NCBI GenBank assembly: GCA_036676495.1
Contig: JAKFCT010000032.1
Coordinates: forward strand, 1 to 26,466
From: Candidatus Sericytochromatia bacterium
GTDB lineage: Bacteria; Cyanobacteriota; Sericytochromatia; S15B-MN24; UBA4093
Direction: 5' to 3'
DNA: 26,466 bases
Part shown: positions 17,943 through 26,466 of the stretch, one piece after another
How the letters are laid out: every line of letters starts with the position of its first letter
How positions within the stretch are numbered: the first letter of the stretch is position 1
Made by a program: the position numbers and the translations under genes
The notes under the pieces: generated by a model
What the model was told of the DNA's origin: nothing
The model's input: only the letters and a program-made list of their open reading frames with translations
Database searches by the model: none

Positions 17943-19796
17943 GTCCCCCATGGCCTCGACCATGCGCTCCAGCAGCCTGCCGGTACCCTGGCGCTCCTGA
18001 AGCCGGTAGCGCGTGAGGCGATAGGGGCGCTCCAGGCCCTTCAACCGGACCTCGAAGACGTCACGCTCCAGCCTGAGCCCGGCCAAGACCTTCTGAACTC
18101 CCGCGTCGGCGAGCAGCTCCTCGGTCAGCACCAGGTCTCCGCCGTGGGACTCGTTCTGGACGCGGGCGGCCACGTTGACGGTGGTGCCGAAGTAATCGAG
18201 CCGCTCGTTCATGCTGACCGCGATGGTGGGGCCGAGGTGGGCTCCGAGCTTGACGGTGATCGGCGGGCGCTGGGAGGTGGCGTTGAAGGCGGCGATCGCC
18301 GTCTGGATGGCGAGGCCGGCCTTTACGCAATCGCCCGCATCGGGGAAGACCGCCATGATGGCGTCCCCGATGGTCTTGACGACGGCCCCCCGGTGCTCGG
18401 CCACCGCGCGCTCCAGGATCCGGAAGTGATCCTGGACCAGGGAGAAGGCCGGAGCGTCCCCCATGATCGCGTACATGGCGGTCGACGCCTTGAGGTCGCT
18501 GAAAAGGAAGGCCAGGCGGGAGATGCCCATCTCGACGCCCGGTGCGAGGTTCTGCGCCGCGAAGAGGTCCCTGAACTCCTGCATCGCGGTCACCGCCGAG
18601 GCCCTGACGATGTCGTCCGCCCATGCCATGCGCTCCAGGATGAGCAGGGTAGGGGCGGGCTCGTCGTTTCGCAGGTGCAAGCGGCCACCCGGGGCGAGCG
18701 TGAGCTCGGCAGGAAGGGGCGCCGCGGCCGCGAGCGTCACGGCATGAGCCTCGCTCCCTTCGGAGGCCACGGTGAGCGCCGTCTGACCGGGGATCTGCGG
18801 GCTTCTCAGGCGGTAGGAACCGGAGTCGAGCGGCACGGTCAGGGATTCCGAAGCTTCCGGCGCGAGGTAGCGCTGCGAGACGATATGCGGGGTGTTCCCC
18901 GGCCCGCCCACGCAGTAGAGCAAGGCTTCGACCTTGCGGATGGCCGGCGACGGTCGGAAGGTCAGTTCCACCGACGCGTCAAAGTTGGCCCGGAAGTCGA
19001 TGTTGCAGGAGCTGCAATGCACCGACTCCTTGAGCTGGTCCAGGGACGCATGGCGCTCCTTGGCTCCCCGGCATTCCGGGCAGACCAGGTCCCAGCTCAT
19101 GTCGAGCAGGCCTCGCCGGGTCGCGTGCAGGAAGAGCCTCAAGACGGTCTGGCGATCCGCCCCCCAGGCATCCGCCAGGGGATAGGGACGGATCTTGAGG
19201 AGGTCGTAATCCGGGGCCTCGGCCACGTGGCGGACCAGACGCTCGACCAGGGGTTTCGCGAAGCCCCGGGCGAGCAGCTCCGTAGCCAGGGAGTCGAGGC
19301 GCGCGCGCCCGATCGCGTCCAGGCGGACCGCCGGCTCGATGAAGATCCGCTCCAAACGGCCTGCAGCCCAGCCCTCGACCCGCTGGGCGAAGAGCTTCGA
19401 GCCCGCCTGGACCTCATGCAGGACCAGCATCAGGAAGGGGGTGAAGAGCGCGGAGCGCGGCGTGAGCTCGAGGTCGTAGACCATCCGGGTGAAGGCGCCG
19501 TCGGGGACGAGCCGGAGCCGCAGGAAGAACTCCGCCATGGGGCCCTTGGGGTAGACGCGCCGGATGCTCCATTCCTCGGGCTCGCGCCACTCGTAGGGGA
19601 GCTCATGCCAGCTGGCGGGGATGCCATGGAAGCGGAAACTGCCGTAGCGCTGGATGCCGCCGCGGGGATCCGGCACTTCCCGGTAGGTGACGGCGGGGTT
19701 GCGGATCAAGCGGTTGAAGCGCTCGGTATCCCCCGCGTAGGGCCAGAGCTCCCGAGGCGTCCCCGGAACCCGAAATTCCCAGCTCTGGCTGATCAT
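17877..19796 (-). CDS. Class III adenylate/guanylate cyclase with N-terminal SRPBCC-like and DUF5939/zinc-ribbon region
   Basis: FLFSDLKAST, VVKTIGDAIMA and LDYFGTTVNVAAR catalytic motifs; CPEC...CSSC Cys pairs. Start reassigned to ATG 19796 with GGAGG SD. Confidence 0.88.
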   Translation of the reverse strand: MISQSWEFRVPGTPRELWPYAGDTERFNRLIRNPAVTYREVPDPRGGIQRYGSFRFHGIPASWHELPYEWREPEEWSIRRVYPKGPMAEFFLRLRLVPDGAFTRMVYDLELTPRSALFTPFLMLVLHEVQAGSKLFAQRVEGWAAGRLERIFIEPAVRLDAIGRARLDSLATELLARGFAKPLVERLVRHVAEAPDYDLLKIRPYPLADAWGADRQTVLRLFLHATRRGLLDMSWDLVCPECRGAKERHASLDQLKESVHCSSCNIDFRANFDASVELTFRPSPAIRKVEALLYCVGGPGNTPHIVSQRYLAPEASESLTVPLDSGSYRLRSPQIPGQTALTVASEGSEAHAVTLAAAAPLPAELTLAPGGRLHLRNDEPAPTLLILERMAWADDIVRASAVTAMQEFRDLFAAQNLAPGVEMGISRLAFLFSDLKASTAMYAIMGDAPAFSLVQDHFRILERAVAEHRGAVVKTIGDAIMAVFPDAGDCVKAGLAIQTAIAAFNATSQRPPITVKLGAHLGPTIAVSMNERLDYFGTTVNVAARVQNESHGGDLVLTEELLADAGVQKVLAGLRLERDVFEVRLKGLERPYRLTRYRLQERQGTGRLLERMVEAMGDSGARLGDPELAAGQVQQERPQ

Positions 19797-19965
19797 CGCT
19801 TCCCCTCCTGCATCTGCTTGCTTGTCCTTGTACCCCGGGCCAGGCCGCGGGAATCCATGGCCGCGCAAGGCCCGGCGGGTCTCTCAGAAGCCGCGCCTTC
19901 AGGCCAAACGAAGCCGGGCATGGTAGCATGGGAACCGGTTTTGGGGTTCATGAAAGACAGGAACG

Positions 19966-21072
19966 ATGGCTGTTAGACTGCTTGAAAACTATGGGCTGAC
20001 CTTCGACGACGTGCTGATCGTTCCGAAGCGCTCCTCGGTGCGCTCCCGCAAGGACGTCTCCCTGAAGAGCCGTTTGGTGGGGGATTTGACCCTGGATCTT
20101 CCCATTCTCTCCGCCAACATGGACACCGTGACCGAGGAGGCCATGGCCAGGGCGATGCATGAGCTCGGCGGGCTCGGCGTCATCCATCGCTTCATCTCCG
20201 ACGCGCGGACGCATGCCGACATGGTCAGCCGCATGCCGGGCCTGAAGATCATCACGATCGGCGTCAAGCCCGAGGATCTCGACAAGGTCGCCATGGTCCA
20301 GGGGCTGAGCATCGTGCTGATCGACGTGGCCCACGGCCACCACGACCGGGTCATGGAGACCATCCAGGCCGTGCGGGAGCGCTTCCCGGGTGTCTGGGTG
20401 ATCGCGGGCAACGTGGCCACCTCCGAGGGCGTCTGGGACCTCCTGGAGGCCGGAGCGCATGCGATCAAGGTCGGCGTCGGGCCCGGGGCGGTCTGCACCA
20501 CCCGGATCGTCACCGGCTGCGGGGTTCCGCAGCTCAGCGCCATCATCAAGGCGCGCTCCGCCCTGAACCGCTGGTGGGACGTCGAGAAGCGCAAGGCCAA
20601 CCCGCGCCTCGCGCATGCCCCGACCCTGATCGCCGACGGCGGGATCCGCAACTCCGGCGACATCGTCAAGGCCCTGGTGGCGGGCGCCGACACCGTCATG
20701 ATCGGCTCCTTGTTCGCCGGCACCGACGAGGCCCCCGGCGAGATCATCGAGCGCGACGGCCAGTCCTTCAAGCTCTACCGCGGCATGGCCTCGGCCGGCG
20801 CCCAGAAGCTGGTCGGCTCCGATCGCACTCCCGAGGGCATCTCGACCTACATCCCCTACAAGGGCTCGGTCGTTCCCCTCGTCAAGGAGCTGGAAGGCGG
20901 CATCCGCTCGGGGCTGAGCTACTGCAACTCCTTCTCCATGGAGGATCTGCACCAGCAGACGATCGAACTGGTCAAGGTGACGCCGGCGAGCATGCGCGAG
21001 AGCCTGCCCCACGCCGCGTTCATCGGGCTGGGAGCGAGCGCCGCGCAGTCCAACGTTCCTCAGAGCGTCTAA
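19966..21072 (+). CDS. IMPDH/GMP-reductase family enzyme lacking the CBS subdomain
   Basis: [39 protein letters not shown], catalytic [27 protein letters not shown]. Confidence 0.9.
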   Translation: MAVRLLENYGLTFDDVLIVPKRSSVRSRKDVSLKSRLVGDLTLDLPILSANMDTVTEEAMARAMHELGGLGVIHRFISDARTHADMVSRMPGLKIITIGVKPEDLDKVAMVQGLSIVLIDVAHGHHDRVMETIQAVRERFPGVWVIAGNVATSEGVWDLLEAGAHAIKVGVGPGAVCTTRIVTGCGVPQLSAIIKARSALNRWWDVEKRKANPRLAHAPTLIADGGIRNSGDIVKALVAGADTVMIGSLFAGTDEAPGEIIERDGQSFKLYRGMASAGAQKLVGSDRTPEGISTYIPYKGSVVPLVKELEGGIRSGLSYCNSFSMEDLHQQTIELVKVTPASMRESLPHAAFIGLGASAAQSNVPQSV

Positions 21073-21139
21073 TCCGGTTCCGCCCCGCCGCCTCCGGGCC
21101 GCGGGGCTTCCCGGTGACCGCAATAGCGGAGGTGAAGCC

Positions 21140-23035
21140 ATGAAGTTCCCCCACTCCCTGCGCGATCCCATCCACGGGATGGTCCCGATGACCGCCTGCG
21201 AGTGGGAACTGCTGCGCACGCGGGCCCTGAGCCGCCTGCGCGGCATCCGCCAGATGGGCATGGCCTACGTGGTCTTCCCCGGAGCCCATCACACCCGTTT
21301 CGAGCACGTGATCGGAGCCATGCACACCGCGGGCCTCTTGGCCGAGCGCCTGGGCTTCGACGATTCCGAGCTTCGCTTGATCCGGCTCGCGGCGCTCTTC
21401 CATGACATCGGGCACCGGCCGTTCTCGCACTCGCTGGAGGACGCGGCCCGCCGCCATGTCGACCGCCCCGAGCTCAGCTTCCTCCACCAGTTCCTCGATC
21501 ACGAGCAACGGACCCGCGAGCTGGTCTGCACCGACCCCGAGATCGGAGAGGTGCTCGCGCGCCATCCCGATTACCGCGACTTCGATCGCGAGGAGCTGGC
21601 GCTCGCGGCCATCGGCGAGCATGCCCGCCCGGAATTCAACTTCTTCACCCATTCCGAGATCGACGCCGATCGGATCGACTACGTCCTGCGCGACAACTAC
21701 TACTGCGGCTTCGCCCCCGGGGTGGACCTCCCGGCCCTGCGCGAGCTCTACGTGCCCGATCCCACCTACGGGATCGTCCTCAACACCGAACGGCTCTACG
21801 TGGCCCAGCAGATCCTGTTCGCGCGCTTCCACCTGATCTCCCAGGTCCAGAACAACCCCTTCAGCCGGCTGGGCGACCTGATCCTCGCGGAATGCATGCG
21901 AGACGCCCTCTTGAGCGCCGACGAGGACGGACGCCGCGAATTCACCCGGATCGTGAACGAGGGGCAGGACTCGGATCTCGAACACTTCCTGCGTCTCCAC
22001 GCCCCTGCCTCCTGGGCGGCCCTCCAGGGCCTGGTTTCGGGGGCGTCGACGGTGGAAGAGCGCTTCAGCTACGACTTCCGGGTGCTCTCGCCCGTCGCGC
22101 GCTACGGCATCCAGTCCCTGCGCCTGGAGGGACTGAGCGTGGCCCAACAATTGCAGGAGCGGCTGAGCCCGGATCTCGACGCGCTGATCGACATCACCCG
22201 GGTGAAGGCTCCGACCGACCCCATCCCCACTACGCCCACGGGGCTGGTGCCCTGGCACGGCAAGCTCACCGAGTTCCCGACCATCCAGGGCATCATCGCG
22301 GCCTCCCATGACGGGGCCGCCCTCCACGTTTACGGCCCCGCGGACATGCGCGTGAGCGACGAGGCCTTCGAACGCTGGGTGGAGCGCTACAAGCTGCTCG
22401 ACCCCAGCATGGATCCCGCGAAGGCCGAGGGCATGCTGACGGAGCTTTGGGGAGGCGACAAGACCCGGATGGGGCTCTTGCTCGCGATGGAAGAGGCCAC
22501 CTTCGACCTGCTGGCCGAGCAGATCCGGCACACTCCGTCCCGGATGGACGTGCTCTTCCTGGTTTGCTACCTGACCTTGCGGCAGCTGGAAGAGGTGCTG
22601 GGCGAGGAGCGGCTCTACCTCGACGGGATGGAAGCGGTCTGGGCGCTGGTCCGGCACCCCGAGGTGGTGGCGGCCTTCGGCGATCGCTACCCCAAGGCCT
22701 TCGAGACCTCGGAGCCTTCCGGCACGTTCGCCGGAGACCTCGGCTACCTGCAGCGCTGCGGGCTCCTTTACGTCATGACGCGGCTCGAGCGGGTGCGCAA
22801 CGCCTTCGTCGAGCGTCCCAAGTACGGCGGCACCGGCTGGGGCCGCCGGCTCGCCCGGCTCTTGGCCGAGCCCGCCGACTCCGAGAAGCTCGCCCGGATC
22901 GATCAGGCGGTTCGCGGGCTGATCCTGCCTCACCAGGAGGTCTACCGGGAGTACTTCGGGCTGCTGGGGGCCTCCGGAGGAGCCGCACGCCGCCGCGAGC
23001 TGCGCCGCTTGATGCCGGTCGCCATCACGCGCTAG
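21140..23035 (+). CDS. HD-superfamily phosphohydrolase (SAMHD1/YdhJ-like) with long C-terminal extension
   Basis: RDPIHG, RLRGIRQMG...FPGAHHTRFEH, LFHDIGHRPFSH, IDADRIDYVLRD. GGAGG SD. Confidence 0.88.
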   Translation: MKFPHSLRDPIHGMVPMTACEWELLRTRALSRLRGIRQMGMAYVVFPGAHHTRFEHVIGAMHTAGLLAERLGFDDSELRLIRLAALFHDIGHRPFSHSLEDAARRHVDRPELSFLHQFLDHEQRTRELVCTDPEIGEVLARHPDYRDFDREELALAAIGEHARPEFNFFTHSEIDADRIDYVLRDNYYCGFAPGVDLPALRELYVPDPTYGIVLNTERLYVAQQILFARFHLISQVQNNPFSRLGDLILAECMRDALLSADEDGRREFTRIVNEGQDSDLEHFLRLHAPASWAALQGLVSGASTVEERFSYDFRVLSPVARYGIQSLRLEGLSVAQQLQERLSPDLDALIDITRVKAPTDPIPTTPTGLVPWHGKLTEFPTIQGIIAASHDGAALHVYGPADMRVSDEAFERWVERYKLLDPSMDPAKAEGMLTELWGGDKTRMGLLLAMEEATFDLLAEQIRHTPSRMDVLFLVCYLTLRQLEEVLGEERLYLDGMEAVWALVRHPEVVAAFGDRYPKAFETSEPSGTFAGDLGYLQRCGLLYVMTRLERVRNAFVERPKYGGTGWGRRLARLLAEPADSEKLARIDQAVRGLILPHQEVYREYFGLLGASGGAARRRELRRLMPVAITR

Positions 23036-23183
23036 CGGCCTCCCGCGCGGAACCCCCGCCCGCCCGTCAAAGCTTTTCTCCTCCCCGTCCTAGCTCCGGG
23101 CGCCCCCACCCCCTACGCTCCTCGAAGCGCGGCGCGCGAGACGATCGGCACGATCGTCGGAAGCTTCGGAGGCAGCGGTCCCG

Positions 23184-24539
23184 ATGGATGCGACAGTCCT
23201 CTCCCGGCTGCAGTTCGGGTTCACGATCACCTTCCACTACCTCTTCCCCCAGCTGACGATGGGGTTGGCGCTCTTGATCTTCGTGCTCAAGACCCGCTAC
23301 ATGCGCACGAAGGACGAGGCCTACAACCAGGCGTCGCGGTTCTGGATGAAGATCTTCGCGGTCACGTTCGTGATGGGCGTGGTGACGGGCATCCCGATGG
23401 AGTTCCAGTTCGGCACGAACTGGGCGCGCTTCAGCGCGTTCGCGGGCGGGATCATCGCGCATACGCTGGCCATGGAGGGGGCGTTCGCCTTCTTCCTGGA
23501 GTCGGTCTTCGTGGGGATCTTCCTGTTCGGAGAGCGGCGCTTCGGGCAGCGCGTGCACTGGTTCGCGTCCCTGATGGTCTTCGTGGGGACGTGGCTGTCG
23601 GCGTACTTCATCATCGCGACCATGGCCTGGATGCAGCACCCGGTGGGCTACCGCGTGACGGAAGGGGGCGGGGTGGACATCGCCAACTACTGGGCGGTCT
23701 TGTTCAACCCTTGGCTCTGGGCCTCCTTGCCGCATAACCAGAGCGGCTCGGTGGTCACGGCCGCCTTCGTCATGGCGGGAGTGGGGGCCTTCTACCTGCT
23801 CTCGGGGAAGCACCTGAGGTTCGGGCGCATGTTCGTGAAGCTGGGGGTGATCGCGGGCCTGCTCGCGAGCCTGTTTCAGCTCTTCCCGAGCGGGGACCTG
23901 CAAGGCCGGCAGGTCGCGGCCAAGCAACCCATCAAGCTCGCGGCGATGGAGGGCTTGTTCAGGACCGAGCGCGGGGCGGGGATCGCCATCCTCGGCCAGC
24001 CCGACATGGAGAAGCGCCAGCTCGACAACCCCCTGGTCGTGCCCTGGGCCTTGAGCTTCCTGACCTACCAGAACTGGGGCGCCGAGATCAAGGGACTGGA
24101 CGCCTTCCCCGAGGATCAATGGCCGGACAACATCCCCTTGCTCTACTACGCCTACCACATCATGGTGGGCCTGGGGACGATCTTCATCGCGGTCATGGGG
24201 CTCTCGGCGTTCCTGCTGTGGCGGCGCACGCTCTACACGTCGCGTCCGATGCTCTGGGTCCTGATGCTGGGCATGCCCTTCCCGTTCATCGCCAACAGCG
24301 CCGGGTGGCTGGTCACCGAGCTGGGCCGCCAGCCCTGGATCGTCTACGGGCTGATGCGAACCGCCGAAGGGACCTCGGCTCAGGTCTCCAGCGGCAACAT
24401 CTGGTTCACGCTGCTGGGCTTCATGGGCATGTACGTCCTGCTTAGCGTGCTCTATCTCTTCCTCTTGGCCCGTGAAGTAGCCCATGGCCCCGCAGTGGAG
24501 CCACTTCCCCCTGGGGCGGCCCAGGGGCTGAGCGCGTAG
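23184..24539 (+). CDS. cydA: Cytochrome bd ubiquinol oxidase subunit I (short Q-loop)
   Basis: SRLQF...FHYLF, MEFQFGTNW, MEG..AFFLES, WMQHP, KLAAMEG, GWLVTELGRQPW. Confidence 0.96.
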   Translation: MDATVLSRLQFGFTITFHYLFPQLTMGLALLIFVLKTRYMRTKDEAYNQASRFWMKIFAVTFVMGVVTGIPMEFQFGTNWARFSAFAGGIIAHTLAMEGAFAFFLESVFVGIFLFGERRFGQRVHWFASLMVFVGTWLSAYFIIATMAWMQHPVGYRVTEGGGVDIANYWAVLFNPWLWASLPHNQSGSVVTAAFVMAGVGAFYLLSGKHLRFGRMFVKLGVIAGLLASLFQLFPSGDLQGRQVAAKQPIKLAAMEGLFRTERGAGIAILGQPDMEKRQLDNPLVVPWALSFLTYQNWGAEIKGLDAFPEDQWPDNIPLLYYAYHIMVGLGTIFIAVMGLSAFLLWRRTLYTSRPMLWVLMLGMPFPFIANSAGWLVTELGRQPWIVYGLMRTAEGTSAQVSSGNIWFTLLGFMGMYVLLSVLYLFLLAREVAHGPAVEPLPPGAAQGLSA

Positions 24540-24541
24540 CG

Positions 24542-25582
24542 ATGCAGACGCTCTGGTTCTGGCTGGTGGGCTTCATGCTCATCATGTACGTGCTGCTGGA
24601 CGGCTTCGACCTGGGAGCCGGCACCGTCCACCCGTTCGTGGCCAAGTCGGACGCCGAGCGCCGCCAGATCTTCAAGGCGATCGGCCCGGTCTGGGACGGC
24701 AACGAGGTCTGGCTGATCGCCGCGGGCGGCAGCCTCTTCTTCGCCTTCCCCCTGCTTTACGCCACCGCCTTCAGCGGCTTCTACCTGCCCCTGATGATGG
24801 TGCTCTGGCTGCTGATCATCCGCGGCGTCTCGATCGAGCTGCGCTCCCACCTGCCGTCGCCGATCTGGCGGGATTTCTGGGACGGAGGCTTCTTCATCGG
24901 AAGCGCCCTCTTGGCCCTCTTCTTCGGAGTGGCGCTGGGCAACGTGGTCCGCGGCGTGCCGATCGACGCGCAGGGCAACTTCTTCGTGGCCCTCTGGACC
25001 AGCTTCAGCCCCACAGATGCCAATCCTGGAGTCCTGGACTGGTACACCGTGACCATCGGACTGCTGGCGCTTTCGGCCCTGAGCGCGCATGGGGCCGCTT
25101 GGATCTCGCTCAAGACCACCGGAGAGCTCAGCGTGCGGGCCAAGCGCATGGGCTTCGGGCTCTGGGGGCTCACGGCGGCGCTGACGGCGATCGCCACCAT
25201 CATGACCTTCTCCTTGCGCCCCACGCTCTGGACCAACTTCCAGCGCTGGCCGCTCGGACTTTTGCTGCCCCTGCTCGCGGTGGGCGGCCTGATCGCCATG
25301 GGCGTCCTGCTCCGGCGCGGCAGCGAGAAGCGCGCCTTCATCGCCTCATGCGCCTACCTCGCCGGGATGCTCGCGAGCACGGTTTACGCCCTCTACCCGC
25401 TGGTGCTTCCGGCAGTCGAGCCGGGGCGATCGCTCACCGTCTTCAACGCCTCGGCCTCCCGGACCGGCCTCCTGATCGGCCTCGGCTGGTGGAGCCTCGG
25501 CATGGCCCTCGCCCTCACCTACTTCATCGGCATCTACTGGCTCTTCCGCGGCAAGGTCCCCGAGCACGACGAGCACTACTGA
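24542..25582 (+). CDS. cydB: Cytochrome bd ubiquinol oxidase subunit II
   Basis: YVLLDGFDLGAG, IGPVWDGNEVWL, FAFP, IIRGVSIELR, GVALGNVVRGVP, C-terminal FRGKV. Confidence 0.96.
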   Translation: MQTLWFWLVGFMLIMYVLLDGFDLGAGTVHPFVAKSDAERRQIFKAIGPVWDGNEVWLIAAGGSLFFAFPLLYATAFSGFYLPLMMVLWLLIIRGVSIELRSHLPSPIWRDFWDGGFFIGSALLALFFGVALGNVVRGVPIDAQGNFFVALWTSFSPTDANPGVLDWYTVTIGLLALSALSAHGAAWISLKTTGELSVRAKRMGFGLWGLTAALTAIATIMTFSLRPTLWTNFQRWPLGLLLPLLAVGGLIAMGVLLRRGSEKRAFIASCAYLAGMLASTVYALYPLVLPAVEPGRSLTVFNASASRTGLLIGLGWWSLGMALALTYFIGIYWLFRGKVPEHDEHY

Positions 25583-25609
25583 GCAACTACCCCGCTTCGA
25601 ATTCGACCG

Positions 25610-26466
25610 TCACGTCCTGCCGGCCCCCGTACCCATCACGGAGTCGCGCACGACTTTAGTGAAGTGGCTCGGTCCGGTCGGATCGGTCCTCCGCGGATCT
25701 CGAACGCTTCCCCAGGCTGGAGTTTGGATGAGAGCCTGGGCCTGGGGAGCCGGGCCTTGCAGAGGTGGCCTGGGGGTCGGGGCCCCTGTCACTTCGGGCC
25801 AAAGCGTCGGGTATCAAGCCTATCCCCGGGCCCTCGTGACCTCCCCGACAAAGTGCGGCCCGGCACGCTAGTCGAGAGTCCGCTTGAGGATCCGACCGTC
25901 CTTCCCTCGCCATCGAAGCCGATAGGGTCACCTTCGCTTCGGAAACACCCGACGGTGCCCGTGCCAGCCACCGGCGCATGAAGGAAGGCTGCCGGTCACA
26001 CTCTCGGCGGGCTCAGCTTCGAACGATGCCGTGTTCTTCGTCAAGCGGATCACTCGCATGCCGAAAACTCCGACGGCCACCCGGTGTGGGAGGTGGCCGT
26101 CGGAGCGAGAGGGGTGGTGTGTGATCTACAGGATGCCACAGCCCGGCCTGGGCGGCTGTAGGTAGGGCCGCACCGGTGGTGTGAGCATGCATACGGTCGC
26201 TTGCCTGGTATGCAAGACAGGCCACCGTGCGTCCCCCGGGCGAAATGGACACGGGGTGGGCCCCCTTCTTCTCATGGCGAGGGAAGGGCGGTCGAGTCCA
26301 TCAGCGCCCCCTCGACAGCGGGCCGGGCCGCGACGGAGTGGCGACGCGCAGGATGCGCTAGGGCGGCGAAGGCCACGGATGGCCGAGAGCCGCCGTCTCG
26401 GCCCACGACCGATCCGGCCGATGCGAGCCGTTCTCGGCCGAGACAGGGGCTCCCCACGGCTCATGC
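25610..26466 (+). ncRNA. Candidate large structured non-coding RNA (boundaries approximate; may extend beyond the window)
   Basis: No credible ORF. Nested long-range helices include 25664-25688/26407-26431, 25855-25864/26322-26331, 25893-25913/26274-26294 (20 WC + 1 G-U) and apex 26068-26081/26092-26105. Many non-WC positions are G-U on the + strand. Confidence 0.6.

Noticed and set aside
303-24485. Many long antisense or alternate-frame ORFs in the track (e.g. 303-1601, 2544-4346, 5765-7276, 11078-12790, 12803-14554, 14636-16261, 18144-19976, 21020-22933, 23067-24485)
   Set aside because: They shadow well-supported genes, have no family motifs, and are expected from stop-codon scarcity in high-GC DNA.
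25583-25700. Small cydX/cydS subunit after cydB
   Set aside because: No SD-led short hydrophobic ORF follows the cydB stop.
25853-26462. Canonical group II intron (GTGCG start; GAGCCGT...ACGGCTC as domain V)
   Set aside because: The hairpin is 38 nt without a paired upper stem, GNRA cap or AC bulge, and no D6 or RT ORF is visible. Kept only as a weak secondary hypothesis.
25610-26464. Short ORFs in the terminal region (60-112 aa, both strands)
   Set aside because: Mutually overlapping, Arg/Pro/Gly-rich, without convincing SDs or motifs; the sequence is better explained by RNA pairing.

Overview
High-GC bacterial chromosomal segment, mostly housekeeping or metabolic genes. In order: the 3' end of the primary sigma factor rpoD/sigA, an alpha/beta hydrolase, a Pro-rich membrane orphan, a CpdB-like nucleotidase, an S8 lipoprotein peptidase, ComM/YifB, a NYN RNase, a site-2 protease-CBS divergent from Hsp20, an SSAT-like GNAT, HU, an ABC-F ATPase, a CNNM/hemolysin-family transporter, an M14 lipoprotein carboxypeptidase, a DUF445 protein, a class III adenylate cyclase, a CBS-less GuaB/GMP-reductase-like enzyme, a SAMHD1-like HD protein with a long C-terminal extension, and cydAB. 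I see no transposase, tRNA, rRNA or CRISPR array. The most striking unexplained signal is the last ~850 nt (about 25610-26466, downstream of cydB). It has no credible ORF but folds by eye into a large nested multi-domain structure with a ~480-nt rod, and many of its non-Watson-Crick positions are G-U wobbles on the + strand, so it is a candidate novel large non-coding RNA. A second, ~170-nt structured element with a 20-codon sORF and a switch-like anti-SD lies between hsp20 and the GNAT gene. A 15-bp TTAA-N7-TTAA motif is shared upstream of both lipoprotein peptidase genes. All folds were derived manually; no database search or folding program was run.
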